A stretch of DNA of 64,000 nucleotides from a virus (Duplodnaviria; Caudoviricetes). The DNA lies in the IMG/VR virus record IMGVR_UViG_3300020577_002776, positions 4,697 through 68,696 of that record; one strand, 5' to 3'. How positions within the stretch are numbered: the stretch's first letter is position 1; each line of letters starts with the position of its first letter. Position numbers and translations under genes: made by a program. The notes below the pieces were generated by a model that worked only from the letters and a program-made list of their open reading frames with translations, made no database searches and was not told the origin of the DNA. Positions 25,456 through 34,967 of this stretch are shown in pieces.

Positions 25456-26407
25456 AGTAGCCCCAGTAGAGATCACCGAGCCCCTGCACACCAAGTATCG
25501 TCCCAAGATGTTCAGCGACGTCGTGGGCCAGGATCCGGTAGTTAAGAGCCTCCAAAAGATGCTCCAGGATAAAGCCCGGCCCCACGCTTTCCTATTTACC
25601 GGGGATCCTGGTACGGGGAAGACCACCCTTGCCCGGATCCTGACCGCAGAGTTCAACGTAGACCCGAGCAACGTCATTGAAGTCGATGCAGCCACGAACA
25701 ACGGTATTGACGTGATGCGCGACATTATGGCCCCGCTTCGCTACCACGGCTTTGGTGATACCCCGAACAAAGCTGTCATCCTTGATGAGGCCCACATGTT
25801 GAGTAAGCAAGCATGGGCCAGCCTCTTGAAGACGGTCGAGGAGCCCCCAGCACACGTGTTCTTTTTCTTCTGCACCACTGATGCAGGGAAGGTCCCCGAT
25901 AACATCGCCACGCGCTGCCAACGCTATGCACTCAAGCTACTCCGCAATGACGATTTGCTAGACCTACTGGACGACGTGGTGGCCCGTGAAAGGTTGGATG
26001 TGACAGACGAGCTGGTTGCTCTGGTTGCCCGCTCCTGTGGGGGCTCTCCACGTCAAGCTCTGGTCATGCTGGCCATGGTCCACGGATGTGAAAGCATTGA
26101 CGAGGCCAAGGACCTGCTGGCCTCCCCACTTGATAACAAGGAAGTGATTGACCTATGCCGGGCGCTGGTCAAGGGGGATCTCACTTGGTCGACTTTGACG
26201 ACTACCTTAAAATCAATCGGAGACGTCCCGGCCGAGAGCATCCGCATCATCATCGTCAACTATCTGAATGCTTGCTTGATGGGGGCTCGGAGTGACAAAG
26301 ACGCTATGCGCCTTCTGGACATGCTGGAATGCTTCACCAAGCCAGGCCAGCCATCCGATAAAATGGCCCCCCTCCTGATTGCTTTTGGGCGTTTTATATT
26401 CCCCTAA
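25433..26407 (+). CDS. dnaX: Clamp loader ATPase (DnaX/gamma-like)
   Basis: KYRPK.F.DVVGQ, LFTGDPGTGKTT, E.DAA, ILDEAHML, LLKTVEEPP, TRCQ, GSPRQAL. Confidence 0.9.
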   Translation: MARKQIAEVAPVEITEPLHTKYRPKMFSDVVGQDPVVKSLQKMLQDKARPHAFLFTGDPGTGKTTLARILTAEFNVDPSNVIEVDAATNNGIDVMRDIMAPLRYHGFGDTPNKAVILDEAHMLSKQAWASLLKTVEEPPAHVFFFFCTTDAGKVPDNIATRCQRYALKLLRNDDLLDLLDDVVARERLDVTDELVALVARSCGGSPRQALVMLAMVHGCESIDEAKDLLASPLDNKEVIDLCRALVKGDLTWSTLTTTLKSIGDVPAESIRIIIVNYLNACLMGARSDKDAMRLLDMLECFTKPGQPSDKMAPLLIAFGRFIFP

Positions 26408-26420
26408 TTCCCGGTATATC
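26396..26420 (+). promoter_or_regulatory. Phage-type promoter motif
   Basis: ATATT-14 nt ending in G-TATATC. Confidence 0.6.
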
Positions 26421-26443
26421 TAAGACTCGATAAAGGAGAATGC

Positions 26444-26998
26444 ATGCCCACTTATGACCAATACCGAACTATGCTCCCGGTGCTCAAACACCGGCTGGAT
26501 GACGAGCTGGAAATTCAAGCCCAGATCATGGAGCAAATCAGTTCCGAGACCGTGCGCCTCAATATCCGCACCCTGGAATGCAAACTCGCCCTGGACAAGG
26601 TTGAAGCCCGTCTAACGGCTGAACTCAAAGATGACGACCCCAAAATGACGGTGGCCGTGATCGAGGGTAAGGTCAAACGTGATCCTGAGCGTGAGAACGC
26701 GTGGAAAGCCTACATCAATGCGCTGGGCGAGCATGGGCGCTGGGTGGGGCTCCAGGAGGCTTGGAGGGCCAAAGGATTCAGCATCAAGGGACTTGGTGAT
26801 CTCTACGCCGCCCAATACTTCCAGTTGAGCAGCCACCAAGTCCGTGACCGTGGTTTGGGCAATATCAGTTCAGACCCAGCCCGCCAGGAAGAAGCCCGCA
26901 CTGCTATCCGCCGGGCTGGGCTCCCACAAGGTGAGCCAAAGCCAATCAAGGAGCCAGAAGTCATCCGCCCACGTCGAAGGACCATGACTGATGACTGA
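26444..26998 (+). CDS. UvsY-like recombination mediator (helical protein)
   Basis: LDDEL..Q...T...IE..V...W....L.EA.RAKG.SIK.L..LY pattern; lies directly upstream of SSB and RecA. Confidence 0.5.
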   Translation: MPTYDQYRTMLPVLKHRLDDELEIQAQIMEQISSETVRLNIRTLECKLALDKVEARLTAELKDDDPKMTVAVIEGKVKRDPERENAWKAYINALGEHGRWVGLQEAWRAKGFSIKGLGDLYAAQYFQLSSHQVRDRGLGNISSDPARQEEARTAIRRAGLPQGEPKPIKEPEVIRPRRRTMTDD

Positions 26999-27137
26999 AT
27001 CCTACCTCCCCGAATACTTGACGATGGCCCTAGTAGTGGGGCCTATCTCTGTATATCTAGTTGCTCGCCTAATAACAGCAGCTTATTTCAAATCCAAGCA
27101 ACAGTACGAAAGGCAATCCAATGTCAGATCGAAATGA
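26991..27137 (+). CDS. 48-aa single-pass membrane protein (missing from the ORF track)
   Basis: MTESYLPEYLTMALVVGPISVYLVARLITAAYFKSKQQYERQSNVRSK; overlaps both neighbours. Confidence 0.5.
   Translation: MTESYLPEYLTMALVVGPISVYLVARLITAAYFKSKQQYERQSNVRSK
27033..27057 (+). promoter_or_regulatory. Phage-type promoter motif upstream of SSB
   Basis: GTAGT-14 nt ending in G-TATATC. Confidence 0.55.
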
Positions 27138-28362
27138 AACCCGTGGTCGTGGTCGCGATGAGGAGCGTGGCAGTCGCAGCAGCCGTGACTCTGAATCATC
27201 CAGCCGGGGCCGTGACCGCGAAAGCAGCCGCCGCGAATCTTACCGTGATGATGACCGTGGCAGTAGCCGTGAGCGTGGTGGCCGTGATTCTGGTCGTAGC
27301 TCTAGCCGCTCCGGCTATGAATACCACCAGCGTGATGCCGCTGATACCCGCAAGCGCAGCAGTCAGGGGGCCAATGACTTCGACAAGATTCTGGTGGACA
27401 GCGTCAAGATGTGGAAGCCCAATGATGGCGACAACCGCATCCGCATTTTGCCCCCCACGTGGGAAGGTGCCAAACACTTCGGGCTCGACATCTACGTGCA
27501 CTATGGCGTAGGTCCTGATCGGCAATCCTATCTCTGCTTGCAGAAAATGAAGGGCGAGGCCGACCCCATTGCGGAGGAGCGCGAGATCGCCCGCCGTGAC
27601 GAGGACGAGAAGTATGCCAAAGAGCTGGAAGCGAAGCGCCGGGTGCTGGTCTATCTGATTGACCGTGACCACGAAAAAGAAGGCGTGCAAGCGTGGGCCA
27701 TGCCCTGGACGGTAGACCGCGACATCGTCAAGGTCAGCGTGGACAAGAGCAATGGCGAAGTCTTGCCTATTGACCACCCTGATGATGGCTACGACGTTGA
27801 GTTTGAAAAGAAGGGGGCCAAGGATCGCACGGAATACCTGGGTGTGGCCATCGCCCGCCGCTCGTCTCCTTTGGGCAAGGATGAATGGCTGGACTACGCC
27901 ATTGATAACCCACTGCCTGAGCAACTGAACTACTTTGACTATGACCACATCGCAAAAGTCTTCAACGGCGGCGGAGCCCACAAAGAAAAAGATCGTGGTG
28001 ATTCCGGCCGGGATCGTGACAGCCGCGATGATCGCTCAGAACGCAGCCGCTCTGAGGGCCGAGGTTCTGAGCGCGAGGAATCCCGCTCCGAGCGTGGCCG
28101 CAGCCGTAGTGAGCCAAAGCCTTCGGACGATCCTACCTGGGAATCTATCCATGAAATGACCGGTGATGAACTGGAAGATTTCATTGACCAAGAAAAGCTG
28201 GACATTGATCCCCATGCGGCCAAGGATGACGAGGACCTTGCTGATTGGATTTGCGATGAAATGAAGATCACCAAAGCCCCGGCCAGGTCTAGCCGCCGCG
28301 CCGTCAGCAATGACGATGATGATTCTGGTAGCCGCTTGCGCCGTATGCGGGAAGGTCGCTAA
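27121..28362 (+). CDS. gp32-like single-stranded DNA-binding protein with RS/RD low-complexity regions
   Basis: WKP..G.N.IRILPP, HY.VG...C...DPI.E, R.L.Y.IDR, G.D..F.K core; located next to RecA. Confidence 0.7.
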   Translation: MSDRNETRGRGRDEERGSRSSRDSESSSRGRDRESSRRESYRDDDRGSSRERGGRDSGRSSSRSGYEYHQRDAADTRKRSSQGANDFDKILVDSVKMWKPNDGDNRIRILPPTWEGAKHFGLDIYVHYGVGPDRQSYLCLQKMKGEADPIAEEREIARRDEDEKYAKELEAKRRVLVYLIDRDHEKEGVQAWAMPWTVDRDIVKVSVDKSNGEVLPIDHPDDGYDVEFEKKGAKDRTEYLGVAIARRSSPLGKDEWLDYAIDNPLPEQLNYFDYDHIAKVFNGGGAHKEKDRGDSGRDRDSRDDRSERSRSEGRGSEREESRSERGRSRSEPKPSDDPTWESIHEMTGDELEDFIDQEKLDIDPHAAKDDEDLADWICDEMKITKAPARSSRRAVSNDDDDSGSRLRRMREGR

Positions 28363-28364
28363 AC

Positions 28365-29504
28365 ATGGCCACGACTAAACGCAAAGTCGTGGCTTCTGAG
28401 ACCCCGGTGGTAGCTCGCCGGGATCGAGTCAAAGAAGCAGCCCCAGAGACGACGAAAACCAAACCCCGAGCCAGGCTCCGCGTCAGTGATGATGAAGTGC
28501 AGCCAGCAAGTTCCTACTTCGCTGACGTGAGTCAGAAGTCGGGCCTTAGCTTCGTGCGCTCAGGATCCGCAGTGATGGATGCTGCTCTGGGTGGTGGCTG
28601 GGTACTGGGCCGGGTAGCGAACATCGTTGGTGATCGCTCCTCGGGTAAGACCCTCCTTGCTATTGAAGCCTGCGCCAACTTCCACTCAGGCTACCCCAAG
28701 GGCAAGATTCGTTACGCTGAATCGGAATCGGCCTTTGACGAGAGCTACGCTGAAGCACTGGGTATGCCAACAAACGTGGTGGATTTCGGCAAAGATGTCC
28801 CCATGCGCACGGTCGAGGACTGGTACAACGATGTGGTGGCCTTCCTGGATGCTCGTGAGAAGGACAAATGTCCAGGCCTCTACATCCTCGATTCCTTCGA
28901 CGCGCTCAGTGATGACGCTGAAATGGGCCGGGAGATCGACAAAGGCTCTTTCGGTGCTGCCAAAGCCAAGAAGTCCGGGGAGCTGTTCCGCAAGCTGGTT
29001 GATCGGATTGAGAAGCTGGACGTGCTCTTGATCGTGGTCAGCCAGATTCGTGACAAACTCAACGTGACGTTTGGTGAGACCAAGACCCGTAGCGGTGGCA
29101 AGGCTCTCGACTTCTACGCATCCCACATCGTTTGGTTAGCCGAGATTGGCAAGATCAAAAAGGTGATGGGTGGGGTAGAGCGCGTGATCGGTGTCAACGT
29201 CAAGGTCAACGTCAAGAAAAACAAGGTGGGCCTGCCTTTTCGCACCTGCGCCTACCCGATCATTTTTGGCTACGGCGTTGATGACCTTACCGCCAACGTG
29301 GAGTGGCTCTTGGAAGTGGGCCGGGATGAAATGCTGAAGGAAGCCGTGGGCATGAGTAAGGCGGGCTACAAGGTCCGCATCGCTAATCTGCGTGACAAGG
29401 GGGGTGATGAGGTTCGTGAGATCCGGGCCAAGCTCAACGAGTTGGTCAAACGTGAGTGGCAAATCATTGAGCAGGGCTTCCTCCCACGTAGCCGGAAATA
29501 CTGA
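28365..29504 (+). CDS. recA: RecA/UvsX recombinase
   Basis: SGS..MDAALGGG..LGR..NIVG..SSGKT, LDS..AL, SQIRDK...FG...SGG.ALDFYAS, KNKV..P. Confidence 0.93.
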   Translation: MATTKRKVVASETPVVARRDRVKEAAPETTKTKPRARLRVSDDEVQPASSYFADVSQKSGLSFVRSGSAVMDAALGGGWVLGRVANIVGDRSSGKTLLAIEACANFHSGYPKGKIRYAESESAFDESYAEALGMPTNVVDFGKDVPMRTVEDWYNDVVAFLDAREKDKCPGLYILDSFDALSDDAEMGREIDKGSFGAAKAKKSGELFRKLVDRIEKLDVLLIVVSQIRDKLNVTFGETKTRSGGKALDFYASHIVWLAEIGKIKKVMGGVERVIGVNVKVNVKKNKVGLPFRTCAYPIIFGYGVDDLTANVEWLLEVGRDEMLKEAVGMSKAGYKVRIANLRDKGGDEVREIRAKLNELVKREWQIIEQGFLPRSRKY

Positions 29505-29506
29505 CC

Positions 29507-29695
29507 ATGAGAAAGGACTTACCCCGTATCCGCTTCATTAACGGATACTGGCGGGTAAGCCCCTTTCCTGGGAGCTACTCCGCTACAAAGGGCCGGGAAC
29601 TCCTGGCCCTGTATATCAAAGCTGGCACGTTCGCTAACCGGCTCAATCTCAAACTCCCACTACCTGCCCATAGGAGAAAGCATGACCAAGTATGA
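29507..29695 (+). CDS. Small hypothetical protein
   Basis: Fills the gap between recA and ruvC. Confidence 0.45.
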   Translation: MRKDLPRIRFINGYWRVSPFPGSYSATKGRELLALYIKAGTFANRLNLKLPLPAHRRKHDQV

Positions 29696-30296
29696 AGTGA
29701 TCGGCATAGACGCCGCCTTCGCCAATATGGGGCTTGCCCGTGCGGAGATCATCATTGACAAGGGTCAACTGGTCATCGTAGGCAAAGACCTGCGTTTGGT
29801 CTCTACCGAGCGGAGGGACAAAAAGGTGGTCCGTAAAAGCAGCGATGATCTTCGCCGGGCTAAGACCTTGGTAGAACAGATGCAGTACTTCACCCAGACC
29901 GCGACCATAGCCTTTGCTGAAGTTCCTAGCGGCTCGCAATCAGCATCAGCAGCCCGAGCCCTTGGCATTGCCGTTGGCGTTTTAGGAGCCTGCACAGTGC
30001 CCTTGATTGAGGTCTCACCGATGGAGGTCAAGCGACTGTTCAGCCCTGACGGGAAGCGCAAAGTGCCAAAGACCGAAATCATCGCGTGGGCCATGAAGCA
30101 GTGGCCCCATTTACCGTGGTGCCAGCACCGTGGTAAGCCTACCCTGGATAACGAACACTTGGCCGACGCGCTGGCTACCATCGTTGCCGGAACCAGAACC
30201 CCAGAATTCAAACAAGCAATGGCCTTCAATCATGCAATACCCGATACTCTTGGCGACCGACCTGCATCTAACCGCCGCGCCGTCTACGGACTATAG
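29682..30296 (+). CDS. ruvC: RuvC-like Holliday junction resolvase
   Basis: IGID.A..N.G, AFAE, SP.EVK, K.E, HLADA. Confidence 0.85.
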   Translation: MTKYEVIGIDAAFANMGLARAEIIIDKGQLVIVGKDLRLVSTERRDKKVVRKSSDDLRRAKTLVEQMQYFTQTATIAFAEVPSGSQSASAARALGIAVGVLGACTVPLIEVSPMEVKRLFSPDGKRKVPKTEIIAWAMKQWPHLPWCQHRGKPTLDNEHLADALATIVAGTRTPEFKQAMAFNHAIPDTLGDRPASNRRAVYGL

Positions 30297-31230
30297 GTGG
30301 GGCCTGTTTCCCTGGCTCAACGCCCAGATCAAGGAGCACCGGGTCCGCACCCTGGCTTTCCTCGGTGACCTGACCGACGCCAAAGATGGCCACAGCGCAG
30401 AGCTGGTCAATCGAATCGTTAGCAGTATTGCTTCACTGAAGATTGACGACATCCTGATCCTTACGGGCAACCACGACTGGCTCAAGCAAGGGCAGGAATA
30501 CTTCAAGTTCTTGAACCTGCTTCCTAACGTGACGTTCATCACCAAGCCCACAGAGGTCTGCGCCCCCAACGGGCCCTTAGCCTACTTCCTGCCCTACTCC
30601 AAGAATCCCACCAAAGACTGGGCCGGGATGGACTTCAGCCATTACGACCTGCTGTTCATGCACCAGACCATTAAGGGGGCTATTGCCAGCAATGGTCAGG
30701 AAATGGAAGGCGAGGAACTCCCCAGTTTTGAAGGCCCCCGGGTATACAGTGGCGATATTCACGTGCCGCAGGTGATTGGTGGGCTTACGTATATCGGCAG
30801 TCCATACCATGTGCACTTTGGCGACAACTTCAAACCCCGCTGCCTCCTCCTTGATAAGCGGGGGCAAGAGCATGACCTGTATTTTGAGACCGTCAGCAGA
30901 ATGGTGGTCAAGGTATCCAGTCTCCGCGAATTGCAGCGCAAACGATTCCGTGCTGGGGATCAGGTCAAACTGCGGGTAGAGCTGCCGGAAGCCGAAGCCC
31001 ACGGATGGTCCAAGATTCGCCGCGAAGCAATCGCCATCCTGACGGAAGCCGGCGTAGAGATTCACGGGGTTGAGTTAATCGTCGTTAAATCGACGAAACG
31101 GGTGACCATAGGGGGTAGGCAGGCTCGGATCTCGTTTTCGCCTCAGGAGTCGGTCCTACGCTTCGTAGAGCGTGAGGAACTGGGGGGCAATGCCCTGGAT
31201 GCCGCTTTAACCGTGCTGGAGGCTAAATGA
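30232..31230 (+). CDS. sbcD: SbcD/Mre11-like nuclease
   Basis: TDLH, GDLTD, GNHD, FMHQT, SGDIH, GSP; ATG at 30232 overlaps the ruvC end. Confidence 0.9.
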   Translation: MQYPILLATDLHLTAAPSTDYRWGLFPWLNAQIKEHRVRTLAFLGDLTDAKDGHSAELVNRIVSSIASLKIDDILILTGNHDWLKQGQEYFKFLNLLPNVTFITKPTEVCAPNGPLAYFLPYSKNPTKDWAGMDFSHYDLLFMHQTIKGAIASNGQEMEGEELPSFEGPRVYSGDIHVPQVIGGLTYIGSPYHVHFGDNFKPRCLLLDKRGQEHDLYFETVSRMVVKVSSLRELQRKRFRAGDQVKLRVELPEAEAHGWSKIRREAIAILTEAGVEIHGVELIVVKSTKRVTIGGRQARISFSPQESVLRFVEREELGGNALDAALTVLEAK

Positions 31231-33095
31231 AGCTGCACCGAATCACCATGACCAACTTCAGGTCCTTCAAAGGTGAGCAGACATTTCACTTCCCGGAGAA
31301 GCCGGGCTTGTACTTCATGCAGGGGGTTAACGAGTTCGAACCCCGGCTAGGGGCCAACGGGGCAGGCAAGTCCACCATCTGGGAAGCCTTGCTGTGGGTC
31401 TGCTTTGGGAAGACCAGCCGGGGGCTCAAGGCAGGCGACGTCTGCAATTGGGATTATGACCGGGGGACCGTAGTCGAGATTGCCTACGAAACCCAGGAAG
31501 GAGCCGTCAGCCTGAAAGTGATGCGCCGCGCGTGGAAGCCCAACTCCTGGACCATCATTGATCTGTTTGGCAATGTGACTGACCTGACCAAGGATGCGGA
31601 AAACCAAGCCCTTGCTGACTTTCGCTTAGAGTTCACGCCCTTCCTGCATTGCCTGCTGATGGCCCAGAGCCACCCCATGTTCTTGGACTTGAAGCATGAC
31701 CAGCAGGCAAGCCTGTTCAGTGAGGTGCTGGGCTTGGATCACTGGCTTGATTACAGCGCCAAGGCCAGTAAGCAGGCATCAGCCCAGGATATGGAGACCC
31801 GGAGGCTTGAGCGTCGTCTGTCTGAGATCACCGGCCGCATTGATGGTCAGCAGGACTTCAGTGGCTCGGTCGAGCAATGGGAGGCTGATCGCAAGCGGAA
31901 GCTGGCAAAGCTGGAAGATGACTACCAACCCCTGCTTGCTAAATACACTCAGGCAAAAGCCAAGCTGCCAGGGATGGAGAAGGCCGACCAGGAGACTCAA
32001 TTCAAGTATGTGCAGCTCAAAGAAGAATGCCAGCAGTTGGATGATAAGCAGGTGCGCCCGGCCCTGAAGCTCTACGAGGAAGCCCGCAGGGAGCGGGACC
32101 GTACTGCTGACCAACTTGATAATGCCAAGAGGATGTTGGAGCGCACCAAGAGCCATCCGGCTTGTCCTACCTGCCATCGTGACCTTGATGCCAAAGATCA
32201 CCGTAAGCATGTTGAGCAAGAGAAGGCGGAGGTGGGGGCTCTTTCCCATGCCTTCGAGCGTCGGTATGAAGATTGCCAAGCAGCCGAAAAGGCTTGGGCA
32301 AAAGCTGTAGCCCAACTGGATGACAAATTTCACTTCCTTGACGAAATAAAAGAGAAGGCAGACAGCAATAGCCAGGCCCTCCGCACCCTGAAGCAGAACA
32401 TCCAAATGATGGAGCGTGAGCTTGATGCTATGGAGGATGACGACGAACGAATCCGGGCCGAGGTCAATCCCTTCAAAGATGTGCAGACCAAAGCCCGGGA
32501 GGAGGGCAAACGCCTGCGTGCTGATCGTGACGAGACCCAGCGCCTACTGGACCACTCCTCTGAGCAATACCAACTCTTTTCGTACTGGGTACGGGGCTTC
32601 AAGGAATTACGTCTCCAGTTGATCGCTGAAGCCCTCACCGAGCTAGAGATTGAAGTCAATAGCTGCGTCACAGCATTGGGCTTGGTTGATTGGGAGTTAC
32701 GCTTCCAGGTAGATCGGGAGACCAAAGGCGGATCAATCCAACGAGGATTCTCCGTGCAGGTCCTGAGCCCGGCCAGTGAGAAGCCCACCCCATGGGAGGC
32801 GTGGTCCGGTGGTGAGAGCCAGCGCCTACGCCTAGCGGCCACCATGGGGCTTTCTAACCTGATCCGCTCTCGGCTAGGGGTAGAGGTCGACCTGGAGGTT
32901 TGGGACGAGCCTAGCACGGCCCTGAGCCCCCAAGGCGTGCAGGATTTGCTGGAGGCACTGGAGCATCGTGCTATTCAGGAGCAACGCATAATTTTTGCAG
33001 TAGATCACACCGCTCACGCCTTTGGTGGATTTGCCGGCAACTGCACGATAATTAAGACGGCAAAAGCAGGAAGCATTATTGAAACAAGTTGGTAA
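31227..33095 (+). CDS. sbcC: SbcC/Rad50-like SMC ATPase
   Basis: NF.SF, GANGAGKS, Q-loop, CPTC zinc hook, SGGE signature, VWDEP, DH. Confidence 0.93.
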   Translation: MKLHRITMTNFRSFKGEQTFHFPEKPGLYFMQGVNEFEPRLGANGAGKSTIWEALLWVCFGKTSRGLKAGDVCNWDYDRGTVVEIAYETQEGAVSLKVMRRAWKPNSWTIIDLFGNVTDLTKDAENQALADFRLEFTPFLHCLLMAQSHPMFLDLKHDQQASLFSEVLGLDHWLDYSAKASKQASAQDMETRRLERRLSEITGRIDGQQDFSGSVEQWEADRKRKLAKLEDDYQPLLAKYTQAKAKLPGMEKADQETQFKYVQLKEECQQLDDKQVRPALKLYEEARRERDRTADQLDNAKRMLERTKSHPACPTCHRDLDAKDHRKHVEQEKAEVGALSHAFERRYEDCQAAEKAWAKAVAQLDDKFHFLDEIKEKADSNSQALRTLKQNIQMMERELDAMEDDDERIRAEVNPFKDVQTKAREEGKRLRADRDETQRLLDHSSEQYQLFSYWVRGFKELRLQLIAEALTELEIEVNSCVTALGLVDWELRFQVDRETKGGSIQRGFSVQVLSPASEKPTPWEAWSGGESQRLRLAATMGLSNLIRSRLGVEVDLEVWDEPSTALSPQGVQDLLEALEHRAIQEQRIIFAVDHTAHAFGGFAGNCTIIKTAKAGSIIETSW

Positions 33096-33096
33096 T

Positions 33097-33666
33097 ATGC
33101 ACTACGTTTACTATTTACTGGACCCTGATACTTTGGAGCTGCTCTACATAGGGCGCAGCAACAACCCGAAGCATCGTCTGTTTGCCTTCAGAAAGAAAAA
33201 GCAAAGGGACGCCATCCTTGGCGTTTGTCAACGTTATAGTGACTTCGAACGGGCTTGTAAGGCGGAGTTGCGCGCTATAGCGAAGCACTGGCCTCCGTAT
33301 AACAAGTCTCTGATTTCGAGCTTGGGTAAACTGGGTCAAAGCACTGGCGTAGGTTACAAATTAAGTGAAGAGCATAAAGCCAAGATAGCTAGAGCCGGAA
33401 TGGGCAGGGCTTTAAGTGAAGAAGCGAAAGAGTCCATTCGCAGAAAGCTAAAAGGCCACGTAGTTTCGGAAGCTACCAGGAAAAAGATAGGTGACGCGAA
33501 TCGTGGTCGGAAGATGCCACCGAAAAGTCCAGAACTTAGGAAGCGTTTAAGCATAGCTACCACTGAGCACTATCAGCGATTAAAAGAAGCCCACGCCTTC
33601 GGTGGCTTCACGGGCGGCGCCACAATCACCAAAACCCGTAAGGGTTCATCCATAAGTCAGTATTAG
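33097..33666 (+). CDS. GIY-YIG/NUMOD3 homing endonuclease fused to a duplicated SbcC C-terminus
   Basis: Paralog of 19331..19759; ends HAFGGFTGGATITKTRKGSSI, mirroring SbcC HAFGGFAGNCTIIKTAKAGSI. Confidence 0.85.
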   Translation: MHYVYYLLDPDTLELLYIGRSNNPKHRLFAFRKKKQRDAILGVCQRYSDFERACKAELRAIAKHWPPYNKSLISSLGKLGQSTGVGYKLSEEHKAKIARAGMGRALSEEAKESIRRKLKGHVVSEATRKKIGDANRGRKMPPKSPELRKRLSIATTEHYQRLKEAHAFGGFTGGATITKTRKGSSISQY

Positions 33667-33676
33667 CCTGTATAGA
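33652..33676 (+). promoter_or_regulatory. Phage-type promoter motif
   Basis: ATAAG-14 nt ending in G-TATAGA. Confidence 0.55.
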
Positions 33677-33697
33677 TAGGGAAGAAAGGAGAAAACT

Positions 33698-34078
33698 GTG
33701 GCAACTATCTGCTCAATTACTGGACGGGGCAAAACAGAGGAGCTGTTTGAATACCTGCGTGATCTTGGCCCTATGAGTGCACGGGAGCTTACTCAAGTGA
33801 CCGGCCGCACCCGGCGTGCTATCTGGGATAGCTTGACGCTCCTGCGCGATGCTAAGCGCATCTACATCTGCCGATACGAACACCAGGAGGACGGGGTGGC
33901 CGGCCGCTGCTCACCTATCTACAAAATAGGCAATCTCCCAGACTGCAAAATGCCGCAGCGGAAATCTACGCTTGAGCGGGACCGCAAGTATCGTCTGCGC
34001 AATAAGGCCGTCCTCCAAGCCAGGCAGCGTGCTCGCAGGTCTGGTGAGCCGGCCAATGTATGGAGTGGGCTGTTGTGA
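33698..34078 (+). CDS. Winged-HTH DNA-binding protein
   Basis: LFEYL...GPMSARELTQVTG.T...I...L..L...RIYI. Confidence 0.65.
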   Translation: MATICSITGRGKTEELFEYLRDLGPMSARELTQVTGRTRRAIWDSLTLLRDAKRIYICRYEHQEDGVAGRCSPIYKIGNLPDCKMPQRKSTLERDRKYRLRNKAVLQARQRARRSGEPANVWSGLL

Positions 34079-34278
34079 CCTACAAACCAACACCCCCAGT
34101 GCCACCCCGTGCCCTATCTGACGAGGAAGTGGCCATCGTGGACGGCATGATCAAGATCGGGATCCTCCAAACTCGGATTGCTGAACACCTGGGGAAGAAT
34201 CCCAGGACAATTATGGCTGCTGTAAATCGCAAAGGGGCTTACGCCCGGATACCTAAACCACCAAAGGAAGAAGCATGA
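34075..34278 (+). CDS. Small HTH protein
   Basis: LSDEE...QTRIAEHLGKNPRTI. Confidence 0.6.
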   Translation: MTYKPTPPVPPRALSDEEVAIVDGMIKIGILQTRIAEHLGKNPRTIMAAVNRKGAYARIPKPPKEEA

Positions 34279-34967
34279 ACTCCAAAATTATTGCTATTGA
34301 TTTCGACGGCACCTGCGTCACCCATGAATACCCAGCAGTGGGCCAAGACATTGGGGCCGCTTCAGTGATTCGTGAGTTAGCCCGGCGCGGCAATAGAATC
34401 ATTCTGTTCACCATGCGTTCAGGGCAGCACTTGCAAGAGGCCGTCAAGTGGTTCACTGCTCACGGCATAGAACTGTTCGGCGTCAATGAGAATCCAGAAC
34501 AGCACACGTGGACCAAGAGCCCCAAGCCTTACGCCCACATCTACATCGACGATGCGGCTTTAGGCATTCCCTTGATCTATCCTGAAGGCCAACGCCCCTA
34601 TGTGGATTGGAGCAAGGTAGCCGAACTCTTGGGGGTAAAGCAGGAAGCAACTACGCGTGACTGCCGGTGGGTCGGAGATAAACAAACTCAGCAATGCAAA
34701 CTCCATCAAGCCCACGTAGATGCAATTCACGAATGGGCAGAGCGCGCCAAGTCAGCCGAAGCGAAGTTGACGGCAATAATGAACCAAGAGCCCTGTGGCT
34801 GGCTCAGTCCTGTGGATCGCTTCTACAAAACGAGGGCAATGGCCGTCACTAACTTTGAGCAGCTCATTACCCCAGTCTTTTTCCTTCCGACAATCTTGAC
34901 TCTTGGTCCGGTTAAGGATCCCGATGACTCTGACTGGAACCAGGTCCATGCGGGGTCGATAGAATGA
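34275..34967 (+). CDS. HAD-superfamily hydrolase with C-terminal extension
   Basis: IAIDFDGT, LFTMR, K....YIDD. Confidence 0.8.
   Translation: MNSKIIAIDFDGTCVTHEYPAVGQDIGAASVIRELARRGNRIILFTMRSGQHLQEAVKWFTAHGIELFGVNENPEQHTWTKSPKPYAHIYIDDAALGIPLIYPEGQRPYVDWSKVAELLGVKQEATTRDCRWVGDKQTQQCKLHQAHVDAIHEWAERAKSAEAKLTAIMNQEPCGWLSPVDRFYKTRAMAVTNFEQLITPVFFLPTILTLGPVKDPDDSDWNQVHAGSIE

Noticed and set aside
25369-29618. GTATATC boxes near 25372 and 29611 as additional promoters
   Set aside because: The upstream box at the fixed spacing (GAAGC, CCGGG) lacks the conserved TA
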